64,000 nt of DNA. Source: Rhizophagus irregularis. Taxonomy: Eukaryota. This document shows positions 26,985 through 40,381 of this stretch, one piece after another; the first letter of the stretch is position 1; every line of letters begins with the position of its first letter. The stretch is taken from NCBI RefSeq assembly GCF_026210795.1, contig NC_089430.1, forward strand, positions 496,001-560,000. The letters are read 5' to 3'. The position numbers were made by a program, and so were the translations under genes. The notes under the pieces were generated by a model. The model was given only the letters and a program-made list of their open reading frames with translations, did no database searches and was not told where the DNA came from.

Positions 26985-27796
26985 TTTATATAAAATAATT
27001 AAAGTTTTGAATAAAATATATAAAAATTCAAAAAACTTATTTTTATAAAAAAAAGGGAAAAGTAAAAAATAAAAAGAATATTTTTCAAAACAATTTGTAA
27101 TACGTTATTTATTTTATTTATTGTTTTACTTGTATAACTTGTATTACTCTTTTTGTGTCCGTGTCTATCAAATAATTTTGTTAAACTAGGAATGTGACGC
27201 AGTTATACCTGTCACAATAATCACGTGAATAATTTTGTCATTGCCATCACACGACCAAAAAATTTTGTGTTTTGGTCATTTTAAGAATTTAAGATGATTT
27301 GTCATTATTAAGATGGGGAACTTAATAATTCTAAAATTATCATTCGTTAATATAATTGTGAAGATAGAAGTAAAAAAGTGTAAATATTTATTTTTTAATA
27401 GAATTCCATGCAACAAAAAAAAATATTATCTTTTGGTTTTCTTATGAGGGTAATTACGCAATCGTCTGATCCCACGATAATAATCTGTTGTTAAAAAGAA
27501 TGAAAGATTAATTAGTAAATTCGTTTGCTTCCACTACAATAAATCAATAATTTTACAAGTTTTTGTACATTTATGATTATAAATTTTTATAATTTAATAT
27601 GCAAACAGTTCGTTGACACAAAAGAATATTTGCGATTTCAAATTTATCTAATTTTTACAATAGAATGATTAAAATTTTATATAAAATTGTGGTATAATTA
27701 TTCGCCATCAGCATTTACAATATAAATTTACGCATCGCTCTGATTGTACAGCAATATGTAAACCATCTTATTTTTTTTTAAAAAAAAAATAAGTAA

Positions 27797-27845
27797 TGGA
27801 TATCAATGATTTTCACGGCTGCGCCGTGAAGTTCATGATATTCCA
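27797..27845. repeat. Imperfect hairpin
   Basis: tggatatcaatgattttcacggc-tgc-gccgtgaagttcatgatattcca. Confidence 0.55.
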
Positions 27846-29546
27846 GTGACTCCGTGAAATAACTGATTTATCCCACGGTAACCGTACCATAAAACCCTTT
27901 AATATACTTAACTAAATAATTATTCTAATATTGATAGACTTTTTACCCATCTTTCAAATAAACACCACCCGTGAAAATATCAAGAAAAAAAATCACAAAT
28001 TTTAACTAGGAACTATGGGATAAATAAAATGATATTTGATATGATGAGTGATGGTAGACCTTGACGTTAAATTCAGAATTAAGAAACAAACGAAACGAAC
28101 GAAATATTAGCGTTAATAGCTTTCATTATACATTGTCAGCTCAAAATTGACTTTTCCTTTTTAATGCATTGTACCCACTAATCTTTGTGTTTAACCATCT
28201 ATTTATAAAATTTAGATATATAGTACCTAATAATTTTCTAAAATTGGATATTGTTGATCGGTAAAAGTGAATAATTTAAATAATATATCACTAGACAATA
28301 ATATATCAATAAAGAATATAAAACAAAAAAATCAGTATGCCAAAAAGTATTAGATACATATAAAAAATCAACTAAGGAGATAGAAATAAATGGCTTAATA
28401 TAAATTTAATGGAAACTTTTAGGCAAAATGAAATTTTTGTTTTTTTGTAAACTTTTTCTTCTAAAAAAATTTCATTACCTAAAGTTTTCTTAAACAATTA
28501 GCATTTTTAACATAAAACATCTTCTTTTTGACATAAATTTACATATAATGCAAAGGCCCAGGGTTTATATTTTATTAATAAAAAAATTTTTATATGTAAA
28601 ACTGTGACATCTGATTGGCCAACTTTGAAAGATACCTACTAATCAGAAATCTTGAAAAATTGGAAAGGTTTACATGTTGAAAAAGAAGCAAAAATGAAAG
28701 TCGTTTGTGGAGATAGATCGATTTTACATTTATCATCTGATTTGTGAAGCAGATTTTGAAGTGAAATCTAGGCCATTAAAAACATTAGTCAGTGAAAAGT
28801 TGCAGCACAATGCATTGCTTGAAGAAACTTGATATGCTGGTAAAAAGAGAAGAAAAGAAATTTGTAAAATTAAATAAAAAAAAAATGTTAAAACTAATTG
28901 GTATATACAGTAGTACTTTTATTTTTTACTGTTATATTTATTTTTTGAGACAATACACGAATAATAAAACATTAAACAATATAAAACATTTCTGTAGTTC
29001 ATGTGATAAATTTTTTATATATAAATTTTTGTAGCAAAGTGTTCATTACATAATTCAAAGATTTATACAGGTAGTCTAAACGACACCACGTGACTGCATG
29101 ATTTAAGTATATAGATAAATATATAGATTATTTATAATTTCTTCAAGTCACACCAAAAATTGTTTGCATAAAAAAATTTCTGACTTAAATTCTTGGCAAT
29201 TTCTTCATAGAATAGAAACGCATTACATACACACCGACACCATTCTTAATAGAAAGCAAAAAAATTTTCATACGCTGATCTAATCCGAATAAGTTATCGC
29301 CCGATGACTGTTTTGGGATAAATTTTGTTTATCTCACCCCACTCGGGTGATCATCAAAGGATATAACCTTATTATTTACGTCACAAGTGCATAGGTTATA
29401 TCCTTTGGTGGGCGGCCCATGGGCATTACTATATAAGTCACGTGACTTTTAATTTTAACGTTAATATTTTAATGCTAATTTCAGCACATACCTATAATGC
29501 CCATAACGTCTGGCGCACATTTCCAGAGAAACATGCATTAGTCTGG

Positions 29547-30075
29547 CGCATGTTTCCCAGAGTAACATGCGCTAGTCCCGCCGCATGTTTCCTAGAGTAA
29601 CATGCGCTAGTCCTTGCCGCATGTTTCCCAGAGTAACATGCGCTAGTCCTTGCCGCATGTTTCCCAGAGTAACATGCGCTAGTCCTTGCCGCATGTTTCC
29701 CAGAGTAACATGCGCTAGTCCTTGCCGCATGTTTCCCAGAGTAACATGCGCTAGTCCTTGCCGCATGTTTCCCAGAGTAACATGCGCTAGTCCTTGCCGC
29801 ATGTTTCCCAGAGTAACATGCGCTAGTCCTTGCCGCATGTTTCCCAGAGTAACATGCGCTAGTCCTTGCCGCATGTTTCCCAGAGTAACATGCGCTAGTC
29901 CTTGCCGCATGTTTCCCAGAGTAACATGCGCTAGTCCTTGCCGCATGTTTCCCAGAGTAACATGCGCTAGTCCCGCCGCATGTTTCCCAGAGTAACATGC
30001 GCTAGTCCTTGCCGCATGTTTCCCAGAGTAACATGCGCTAGTCCTTGCCGCATGTTTCCCAGAGTAACATGCGCT
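29547..30075. repeat. 36-bp tandem array, ~15 copies (left arm of the foldback element)
   Basis: Unit gtccttgccgcatgtttcccagagtaacatgcgcta. Confidence 0.95.
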
Positions 30076-31429
30076 AATTCCCTACCACACATTTTCCAGA
30101 GGTTATATCCTTTGGTGGGCATCCCATGGGCATTACTATATAAGTCACGTGACATATAATTTTATAAAGTTCTTAATTCTGGAACATATTACTAAAGCAA
30201 TATGTGATAATTCTAGCACACAAATTCTCTCCATGTTTATTTCTGTAATATGCAATAACTTTGGTGCATATTTCCTACTGTAACATGCGGTAATTCTGGT
30301 GCATGTTTCTTACTATAACATGTGGTAACTCTGGTGTATATTCCTTACTGTAATGATTCTGATTTCTGATACATGTTCTTATGTTTAAAACATCAAATAT
30401 TTAAACTGAATATTACCAGAATCACTGCATTATATTATAGAATATTGCATATTATACATCAGGAATATATGCAAGAATTGTTGTATATACATTATAAATT
30501 TACATTGGAATGTATGTTAAATTACTGCATATTATATTAATAAATAATATACAGCATCTGGAATATGTGCTATGATTACTGCATATTATGGTAGAAAATA
30601 CATATTAAATTGTTATATATTTTTTTTGAAATAGTATTTAAAGTTTATTTTAGTAATTTTAGCAAAAAAATAATAAACAATAAAAAATTAAAAATAAATA
30701 AAAAAAAATAAATAAAATTAACAAAAAAAAAAGATAAAATTAACAAAAAAAAAATAAAATTAACAAAAAAAAATAAAATTAACAAAAAAAAATAAAATCA
30801 ATAAAAAAAATAAAATCAAATAAAAAAAAAAGAAAAAATTGAATATATAGGAATGAAAAAAAACAAATGATTATTATATTTGTATCAGTAAAGTGATTTA
30901 CATGATCATAAAATTAATTACTTATAAACTTTAAAATATACAACATGATTATGCAAATCATTTGTTATTTTTTATTTTTTGTTGTTTTTTGTTATTTTAT
31001 TATTTTTTTTTTTGTTTATTTTTTTTTTGTTTATTTTTTTTTGTTTATTTTTTTTTTGTTTATTTATTTTTTTTTTGTTTATTTTTTTTTTGTTTATTTT
31101 TTTTTTGTTTATTTTTTTTGTTTATTTTTTTTTGTTTATTTTTTTTTGTTTATTTTTTTTTGTTTATTTTTTTTTTGTTTATTTTTTTTGTTTATTTTTT
31201 TTGTTTTATTATTTTTTTGCTAAAATTACTAAAAATAAACCTTAAATACTATTTCAAAAAAATGGCCATTTTTAGTAAAGTTATATATATTTCTAAAACA
31301 TAATATGCAATATTCTATAACATAATATGCATTGATTCTAGTAATGCTTAGTATTAAATATTTGGTATTTTAGATATAAGAATATGTACTAAAATCACTG
31401 CATGTTACAGTAAGAAAAATAAACTAGAG

Positions 31430-32090
31430 TTACCACATGTTACTATAGGGAACATGCGCCAGAGTCACCGCATGTTACAGTAGGAAACATGCGCCAGAGT
31501 CACCGCATGTTACAGTAGGAAACATGCGCCAGAGTCACCGCATGTTACAGTAGGAAACATGCGCCAGAGTCACCGCATGTTACAGTAGGAAACATGCGCC
31601 AGAGTCACCGCATGTTACAGTAGGAAACATGCGCCAGAGTCACCGCATGTTACAGTAGGAAACATGCGCCAGAGTCACCGCATGTTACAGTAGGGAACAT
31701 GCACCAGAGTCACCGCATGTTACAGTAGGGAACATGCGCCAGAGTCACCGCATGTTACAGTAGGGAACATGCGCCAGAGTCACCGCATGTTACAGTGGGG
31801 AACATGCGCCAGAGTCACCGCATGTTACAGTGGGAACATGCGCCAGAGTCATCGCACGTTACAGTAAGGAACATGCGCCAGAGTCATCGCACGTTACAGT
31901 AGGAACATGCGCCAGAGTCATCGCATGTTACAGTAAGGAACATGCGCCAGAGTCATCGCATGTTACAGTAGGGAACATGCGCCAGAGTCATCGCATGTTA
32001 CATTAGTAACATGCGCTAGAGCTATCGGGGCATGTTATCAACATGCGCCAGAGTTACCGCATGTTACTCTGGGAAACATGCGCTAAACCA
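31430..32090. repeat. 35/36-bp tandem array, ~18 copies (right arm of the foldback element)
   Basis: Unit aacatgcgccagagtcaccgcatgttacagtagga; an inverted homolog of the left unit. Confidence 0.95.
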
Positions 32091-32893
32091 GCGCATGTTT
32101 CTCTGGGATTGTGTGCCAGACATTATGGGCATTATAAGTATGTGCTGAAATTAGCATTAAAATATTAACGTTAAAATTAAAAGTCACGTGACTTATATAA
32201 TAATGCCCATGGGCCGCCCACCAAAGGATATATCCTATGCACTTGTGACGTAAATAATAAGGTTATATCCTTTGATCACCCGAGTGGGGTGGTTTATCTC
32301 CCGAATGATCCTTTTGTATATTTCCATTTCAGCTAGCCGCAGTCACATGCATCCTGTTACTCCCAAGAAAATTTTTTTTTTTTAAAAAAAAATAAATATA
32401 ATAAAACCGAATTAAGTTTCATTTATATGCATGAAATGATTAAATTATAAATATCGCTACTTAATTTTCATTGTTTTACATAAGTTTCTTTAAATGTAAC
32501 ATCATGGCCAAAATTTTTAAGTTTTTTTTTTTTACTGTATTTAAACAATTTATGTATGCACTAATATGTGACAGGTGTGACACGCTCAGATGCAAATCTA
32601 ATGTCTGGCATAATATATTCTACAATAAAGGGATCAAAGATGATGATCAAGATGATGTAAGATAATGTCATTAGGAAAGTCAAGTCCGTCAAGCCCGATA
32701 CTTTTTGCATTGCAGCTACATGCATTCTGCTTACAATTTTTGTGGCTTAAAAACTGTTTTCGTAACATGCAGTATCTTAAAAAAAAAATGGAAATTCTTA
32801 AAGTCCTAATAGACTCTTTGTAAATAAACTATAAAATCACGAAATATTTTTCTATTTAAACTGGCTCAACGGTTAAAACGTCAAATCAATATA

Positions 32894-35739
32894 ATGGAAT
32901 TTATAAATGAAAATAACTTTGATCCAACGCCAAAATTAAAATCTAGTCCTGTACCGATTTTATTTCTTCCCTTTAATAATGAAAAACTTAGATGTAATAA
33001 TTGTGAAAATAAATATTCAGCCACAAATTTATATAAACAGAAATATTGCAAACAATGCTTATCATCGTACATTGAAAATATAACGGACAATAACATTTAT
33101 TTTAATGTAAATATTCTTACGAATAATGAACATTGTATTAAACATAAATCAACAAGAAATTTAAATTTTTTTACGAAAAATATTCAAGAATGGTGTGAAA
33201 ATTGTTCTGAAATTTCATATTTTAAGAATTATTATGATTATATTAATACTACAACGCAATATATATTTATAGAAAAGGACTGTAAATTATGTGGTAAATT
33301 AATCGATAAGATTTCTTTCGGGTTTAAAATGTGTTCCGATTGTTACTTAATTTCTTCTGGGTGGATAAAATCAACTATTACTGGTAAAAATATTCCAATT
33401 CTTTATTTACCATGGTGGGATACTTCCAATAAAAGTATATTTTGTAAGCATAACTTAAAATTTATGACAGATTGTCAAAAATGGTGCTCAGATTGCTTTA
33501 TAATTTACGTAGGATGTAGATATTGTTTGACAACAAACATAATTTATGGGATTATCGATCAAACTCAATGTATAAAATGCAAAAGAATATCAAATATAAA
33601 AATTGAATTTAAAAATATTAGCAGTGGAAATCACGATATAGATGAATTTCTTATTTCTACAAGAACAAATACTGATTGTCATGATAAGATTGCTAATTAT
33701 AAGAATACTATGAATAAAAATTCCGATCCCTTGAGCGTATATAGTTTTATTGAACGAGAACTTAAAAAGGTTGGTTCAAAACGAACAATGGAATGGATTC
33801 CATATTCTCAAATTAAAAATTTAGAAAAAATAGCGGAAGGAGGATTTGGTATTATCTATAAAGCAATTTGGTTAAATAAAACAACTGTTGCCGTAAAGAG
33901 ATTTCGAAAATCGCAGGATATTAGCAAATACTTTTTAAACTTTTTAAATGAGGTAATTATTATTTTTATTTATAATATTTACGTAATCATATTAAACTAA
34001 TTATTGGATTTATGATTTTTTTTAGGTGAAATCTCTTCATCGATGTTATGATACAGTTTTTATTGTCAAGTATTATGGTATTACGCAAGACCCTGTAATA
34101 AAAGATTATATGTTAATAATGGAATATGCGAGTGGTGGAAATTTACACAGTTATTTAAACAAAAATTTTATAAATATTAAATGGATCACAAAATTAGCTA
34201 TTTTATGTCAAATTTCAGATGGGTATATATTATTATTAATATTTCTATCAATTTCATTTATGTGAAATAATATTAAATTATTTAATATTTTTTATTCTAG
34301 ACTTAAGACTATTCATCAGGAAAATTTTATACATCGAGATTTTCATAGCGGAAATATATTATCATTAAAAAATGATCACAAAAAGTGGGTAATTGGAGAC
34401 CTAGGATTATCGCAACCAGCAGATAATTCGTCGAATAATGAAATATATGGAGTAATACCTTATGTCGCACCAGAAATATTTCGAGGTGAAGTATTTTCGA
34501 AAGAGTCTGACATATATAGTTTGGGTATGATTATGTGGGAATTAACAACAGGTCGTAAACCATTTTTCAATATTGAGCATGACATTAATCTTATCTACCA
34601 AATTATTGATGAAAAAAGACCAAAAAGACCTGAAATTACAACTGATGCTCCTAAGTGTTTTACTAATTTGATGAAACAGTGTTGGTATTCTGATCCCTTA
34701 AAACGACCTTCCATAACAACAATCAAAAGCATCGTTGATGATTGGTATAGAAAATGTAAAAAAGATGATGATATATTGGCTAAAGCTGATAATAAACGAT
34801 TAGAATTAATTGAATCGAAACAAATTGGCCCTGAATTTACCGAAAAACAAGATATAAGTGCTATTTATACTAGTCAGCCTTTAAGTTCTCTTATTTCCCA
34901 AGTTTCATCTAATAACTCATCTTCAAGAGTTTCGAAGCAAGGTATGTATTATTTTTATTTGAATAATGTAAAATTTAATAATTATTAAATTTGCTAATTA
35001 TTTTTACAGTATGTACTTCAGAAGAATGTAAATTTGATACAGATAATAGTCATAATACTCAAAGGTATTGAAATGAACTTAGATAACGATCTTTTTTCTA
35101 TATAAATAACTTTTATTAACAAACTTATACAAACCATTTTTTAATCTTCAAGATCTTCGTCTATCAACTCATCATCTGGTATGTACAGTACTATTACTTA
35201 AAAAGATTCCTTGATTTTATACTAAGTTTATCTTTCTATCTTATAGGATATATTTCAAAAGATTTAGATATGGATATAGAAACAAATACTCAAAGGTAAT
35301 AAAATGAAACTTATTTGATATAGACAAAAATAAAATTATCTAACTTTTGATTATGATTAATAATAATAAATTTAGACTAACCACGTTTGAATCTTCGTCT
35401 ATCAAATCATCTTCTGGTATGTACTGTACTGTTACTTAAAAGATTTCTCGATTTTATATTAAGTTTAATATTTTTCTATTATATAGAATATATTTCAAAA
35501 GATTTAGATATGGATATAGAAACAAATACACAAAGGTACATATATGTTTAAGATCAAATATATATATATATTTTTTTTTTTTAAATTAAATTTTTATTAA
35601 TAATAAACGTTGTTGATATTTTAGGTTATCCACAATAGATATAAGTTCTATGTCTCATAATATTTCGCATCCAAGTGCAATTTATACTAGTAGACCATTA
35701 AGCGCACTTATTTCACATGTAAAGAACAATAGAAATTAG
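32894..35739 (+). CDS. TKL protein kinase with Cys-rich N-terminal domain and micro-exon tail (paralog 2)
   Basis: Same exon structure and motifs as 15199-18051 (HRDFHSGNIL, IGDLG, PYVAPE); stop TAG at 35737-35739. Confidence 0.88.
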
Positions 35740-36680
35740 CTAGTAGTAAAATGATTTAACGTAGTAAAATATATGTTTATAAATATATTTAAGTAAAATA
35801 ACCAATGTAGGCATAACCAACATTGGACGAATATTCAATTATTGCAAACTTGTCAAATTAAATTCAATAAAATTTCTATAAACTTAAACTTTACTGTTAA
35901 TCTGACAGTGTGAGTGTGTGACGGGTGCCTAATATACAGAAATTATCTTTTGGAATATTTTAATTAGTAAAAAAAAATAAAAAATTATTTGACGCCAATT
36001 TTCAATACAAAAAAAAAATTTAATAAATAATGCAGTGTTTTTATGCATGTTCTGCTATTATTTAAATTCAGTAAGCTAAATTTAAGAATAAATATTTTAC
36101 AACAAAATCGGTAAAATAATATGTGATAAACTAATTTTGCCACAACGTGGACCAATTATTGTTCAGAGCGAAGCAATATGTTACAACTACCCTAGCGTTC
36201 CCAAGAAAAAAAGCACTTGGTGGCCGGCATTATGCGGAATTATGCACTGTCACGTGATCGGTGCGGTGACAATTAATGTGTGACGAATAAGTTTTTACCA
36301 AACTAAGTCCCTCAGATAAATATAAACAATGAAAACACTGAGGGTGTGACGAATGTTTACATGGTCACGTGTCAAGGCTTTTTTCTTGGGATGACACTAT
36401 GGAAGAAAAATCGATCACATGAATTTCTCTGTCCGCCATGTGATCATCACATGGTGAAATCGCAAATTTTAGTTTTTCACTCTTGAGTCTGGACTTACAA
36501 TGGTTCTGAAAAAAAAAACTCTTTCCCCTTTTTTTAGTTTTGTTAGTTTTCCGCAGTAATTTAGCGCAAGGTTTTTTTTTGTAGTTTCTATTTGAAACAC
36601 CCAAAGGGATAAGAGGCCCTGTAGGGCGCCTCGGTCACAGTACGAGGTTTTATTCTTATTAATACCCATATATTAGGGAT

Positions 36681-38837
36681 ATGACTTCTTCAAACTTTAT
36701 TGAGATAGATTTTTTCTCGGTTTCATACGAGTCTCTGAAATCTTATAGCCAGTTGGACGCTATTTCCGATATCAGAAGTAATATTGCTGAAGACGGACTT
36801 GCTGAAAATAATGTTTTAGACACAAATATACAACTACAGAATACTTTACTCTCGACTATACCAGTCCACACTCCTTTATGTCTTTCACCACCTTCGTGTA
36901 AAAATAATTCTTTTCTCATTTCCTTCAAGAAATTTCACGTGACTAGAATACACAAATCCGGTTATAACAAGATCTACGAATTTAGACGTTCAAAAAGTTT
37001 CTTTTTTGAGATTGTTGATCACCATTTGGACACCAATCAGCTTCATTTAAAGATACACACAAATGATGATCTCATGTCAACTACCCCTATTAAGTATCAT
37101 TCCACAAGTGCACTACCGAATGCCAAATATCAAATTAGCAAAGGTCTTCAGCATTTTTTTTCTTCACAAAGAGTTATTCCACGCCGTATTCAACATAAAT
37201 ATTTTAATATGATACGCCAAAAATTATTAGATAGAATCACGTTTATCAAATCACGTGAATACAAAATCAAAAATAAGAATACAACAACAAAAACCTTTTT
37301 TAATTTTTCGTATAAAAGATACAGATTTCATTTTGGTATCTTTATCCCTTGCGATCACAGAATTGAAGCGAAAGGCTTATCTATTCCACCTTGAAGTTGT
37401 GAGGTTCCTTCTCCTATAGTTATGTCTAATAATAGATATGGATGTGGTTTACATTTTTTTAAGAAATATCCAGATGGGTTAACTTTTATTCGAAATGAAA
37501 ATGGTGATCTCACACCTAAGATCCAATCCCAGAACAAAGAGCTTCATGCTAAATTGATATTTGACCGATGGATAAATAAAGAATTGAAATCAATTTTCTC
37601 TTCAAGAACGGGAATTTCTTATAACTCAAGATATATTGTTTGTAATTCAAATCGTAAAATCAACCCTGGACGTACTCACATGTATCACAAACTCATGAAT
37701 AATTTCCGTTCAACTCCAAGTCCAAATTCGAGGACAGCTAAAAGGCAACAAATGAGATTTGAACGCTCTTGTCATCGTATTTTATTACAAGAAGTTATTA
37801 AACCAGGCGCTGTTTCCAGTACATTAACGAAACTGGCTGCAGCTAAAAAAGGACGGTTCCTTTTTTTACCATCTCAAAAATTTACGACTCCTCTCAAACA
37901 CTTACGTTATAAGAAAACTGTTGATATCCCCAAACAAAAGGATTATAACTTTACTATTCCGCATTATTTTGGCGCCAATACGAACACGACCAAGGCATCA
38001 AGGACTACAAATAATATTTCCATTGTCACAGATTCGACTCTTATTCCGGCTTCTAACGATGAATTATTATATACGGTCATTCCTTATAATCCTATTCCGG
38101 ATATGTTTATTCCTCTTAAATATCGGGATATCATACCGCCTGATCCTATTTATGATAATTTTGGTTCTTTTATTATCCCTGGTTCTAGGGAATGGTTTAC
38201 TTATATGTATCAATTGGACTTAAATACACGTGATGAACGCCTCGAAAAAGCTGAAGATGCTAAATTTGCTGCTAGAATGGACGAACTTTATGCCGAATCT
38301 GTGGCTGCTAAACTTCGTTATTAACAATGACAAGAAGAACGTTTAAAAGAAATTACGAGGCTTCAATTAGAAGAAGTCGCTCGAGTTCAAAATTTGGCCA
38401 TATATCATGGCACTAGTCCTAAACACGTGAAATATCGGCAACGTCAAGCGACGGATTTGTCTGTTTGGAGTAATGTTTTTCATAATAATATGATATACGC
38501 TGAATGTCCTACCCTTTCGAAATATCAAAAGAAGAAAGCTAAACAGAAGAAAAAACTTTTACAATCAGAAATAGATTCTTTTATGATTAACTATCCAAAC
38601 GTATCCGCTCCTTTAACCCTAAAGCGCAATACTACGCGATCAGTGTTCGATTATATGGATAATATATGCCCTGGTGAACCGTACACGTCTGATGACACCA
38701 AGGAAATAGAAACTCATCCTTTAAAACGAGATGATCGTACGTTTAACTATAATCACGGATCTCATGATACATATAAACGCTCCCGTCTCGATACTCCTTT
38801 AGCTTTTGATTCCGAGCAGGCGGGATCATCCAAATAA
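36681..38837 (+). pseudogene. ~718-codon basic ORF of unknown function, interrupted by three in-frame stops
   Basis: Three ORF-track pieces share one frame. Stops: TGA 37392, TAA 38322, TGA 38328. Cys/His cluster FIPCDH..SCEVP..GCGLH. Confidence 0.8.
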
Positions 38838-38982
38838 TTTTATTAATATTCTTATCTTCATACTTATAAATTAGTTTTTTTTTTTTTTTTGGAATCATTT
38901 TTTAGTATAGACATTGTCTATTTCTTATGTTTCTTTTTTATCTATTATGATAGTATATACAATAAGAATAGTGTTAACCATT

Positions 38983-39240
38983 CCGCCTATGACAGTATTT
39001 ACAGGTGGTGGCTTCGGCCAAGAGAAAAATACGGATCAACTAACTTCTCTTTTTTTAGATTAGCTTTTTTTGATTGTTCCCATTTGATTTATTAGCGTAG
39101 TCCTACTTTATCAAATAGTACAGATCGAAGAGTGGGGTCCCGTAGGGGATGACGAACAAAGGTCTATACACATATATTAGTCTTAAGTCTTTTCGAACTC
39201 TTTCCTCTTCTATTTGTAATAGCCTGGGTTTTACCACTCT
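38983..39240 (+). ncRNA. Candidate structured cis-RNA (pseudoknot and hairpins) in retroelement 3' UTR, copy 1
   Basis: ccgcct/aggtgg crossed by gtattt/aaatac, plus tggc-UUCG-gcca; compensatory changes in the copy at 57541-57800. Confidence 0.65.
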
Positions 39241-39902
39241 TTTAGTAATAAAATAAAATAAATAAATAAATAAACTTACAATGGTTCCTGTTTCCTAGTA
39301 TAATATATTAATCTATCCAATAATATAATATGATTATTGTTTAGTTAGAAAGTTTCATAAATTTAGTATATTTATATATCTATAACTAAAAAAAACTTGG
39401 ATACTAAATTGTGCAACATGAAATGATTGAAACGTGTGCCTGATCTATTCCGTATTTATTATAGTTAAAATAATCATTTTGAATTAAATAAAACCATGTT
39501 CATATGCGCGTGCCGATGAGCCAAATCTGAGATTGTAACAAAAATGTTTAAATTTTCTTATTAAGCATCAACCAATTTTTTAATTAATTGATTCAGCCTG
39601 AAAAAATGTTTTTTTTTTCAATACTGGAAAAAAAAATATTTTGTTTTAATCTTTTTTTTCAAATACCAAAAAAAAAAATTTTAATTCGTGATCCATGAGT
39701 CAACTGCAAAAAATTCATATATGGGTGCAAATTTTCAACACCAATTTATTTTAATAATACATAATATTTATCCCAAAGTTTCAAATAGTTTGTTTTTTAC
39801 AATAATTTTTTCACATAATTTTGCACTTCATTTGACGCCACGCCAGATTCCCATTTTCTGCAGATCATTTGCTGTTGACTTGTGGACATGGAGTCATGGA
39901 TC

Positions 39903-40381
39903 TAGGGATTGGAATCAATTATCATTATTAGAATCAATTTTATAATCGATTAATTGTCGATTAATTATTAATCGAAATTATACTACTGCCGGTCACATGA
40001 CTATCAAAATTATTAAGATCGACATAAAAAATTTCCTTTTTGGGAATTTTATACAATATAACAATTTCATCGGACAACAAAATTTCCTTTTTTGGATTTT
40101 TGTTAATGTCACGTGATAATGACATAACTTCTTATTAACGGACTACCCCAAAATGTCACGAAACGGCCAGCATTAAGAAATTAAGAAATTAACTGTGTGA
40201 CAAATAATGAGTGACAAATAGGTTTTTGTCAACCGAAATAAAACCAATACTTGTAGGGTACACAGTATTAACGCTACTGCGCCACAATAAGTAAATTCAA
40301 TTTTTATTCGATAATCAATTTAAAATCGATTCTTATCGATTTTCAAAAATTCGATTATTGTAAAATCGATTCCAATCCCTA
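39903..40381. mobile_element. hAT-type MITE
   Basis: TIR tagggattggaatc / gattccaatcccta; 8-bp TSD catggatc / tgtggatc; subterminal aatcgat repeats. Confidence 0.85.

Larger units (their letters stand above)
29335..32291. mobile_element. Foldback-type non-autonomous DNA transposon (near-complete 3-kb palindrome)
   Basis: ~240-bp TIRs starting caccccactcgggtgatca; 8-bp TSD gtttatct (29327-29334, 32292-32299); paralogous empty site near 20595-20615. Confidence 0.9.
36366..39274 (+). mobile_element. Non-autonomous non-LTR-type retroelement with single unknown ORF and (AAAT)n tail (copy 1)
   Basis: Intronless ORF, ~430-nt 3' UTR and AAAT tail to 39274. Absent from the paralogous segment near 54255-54320. 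Candidate TSD ttaca(a)tggt; 5' boundary approximate. Confidence 0.75.

Noticed and set aside
29492..30155. ORFs with 12-aa repeats and a CRISPR-like 36-bp period
   Set aside because: Head-to-tail repeats with no unique spacers and no cas genes. ORFs arise on both strands because the unit is a multiple of 3, and the mirror 35-bp array has none.
30945..31303. Phe-rich ORFs in three frames
   Set aside because: Translation of the T-rich microsatellite in the foldback arm.
37392..38330. Programmed readthrough or alternative genetic code in the retroelement ORF
   Set aside because: Stops are of two types and all are explained by C>T changes; neighbouring genes use the standard code.
38983..39032. 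HDV-like, hammerhead or twister ribozyme call
   Set aside because: No P3/L3 or conserved catalytic C for HDV, no CUGANGA/GAAA core and no twister consensus; kept only as an unclassified pseudoknot.
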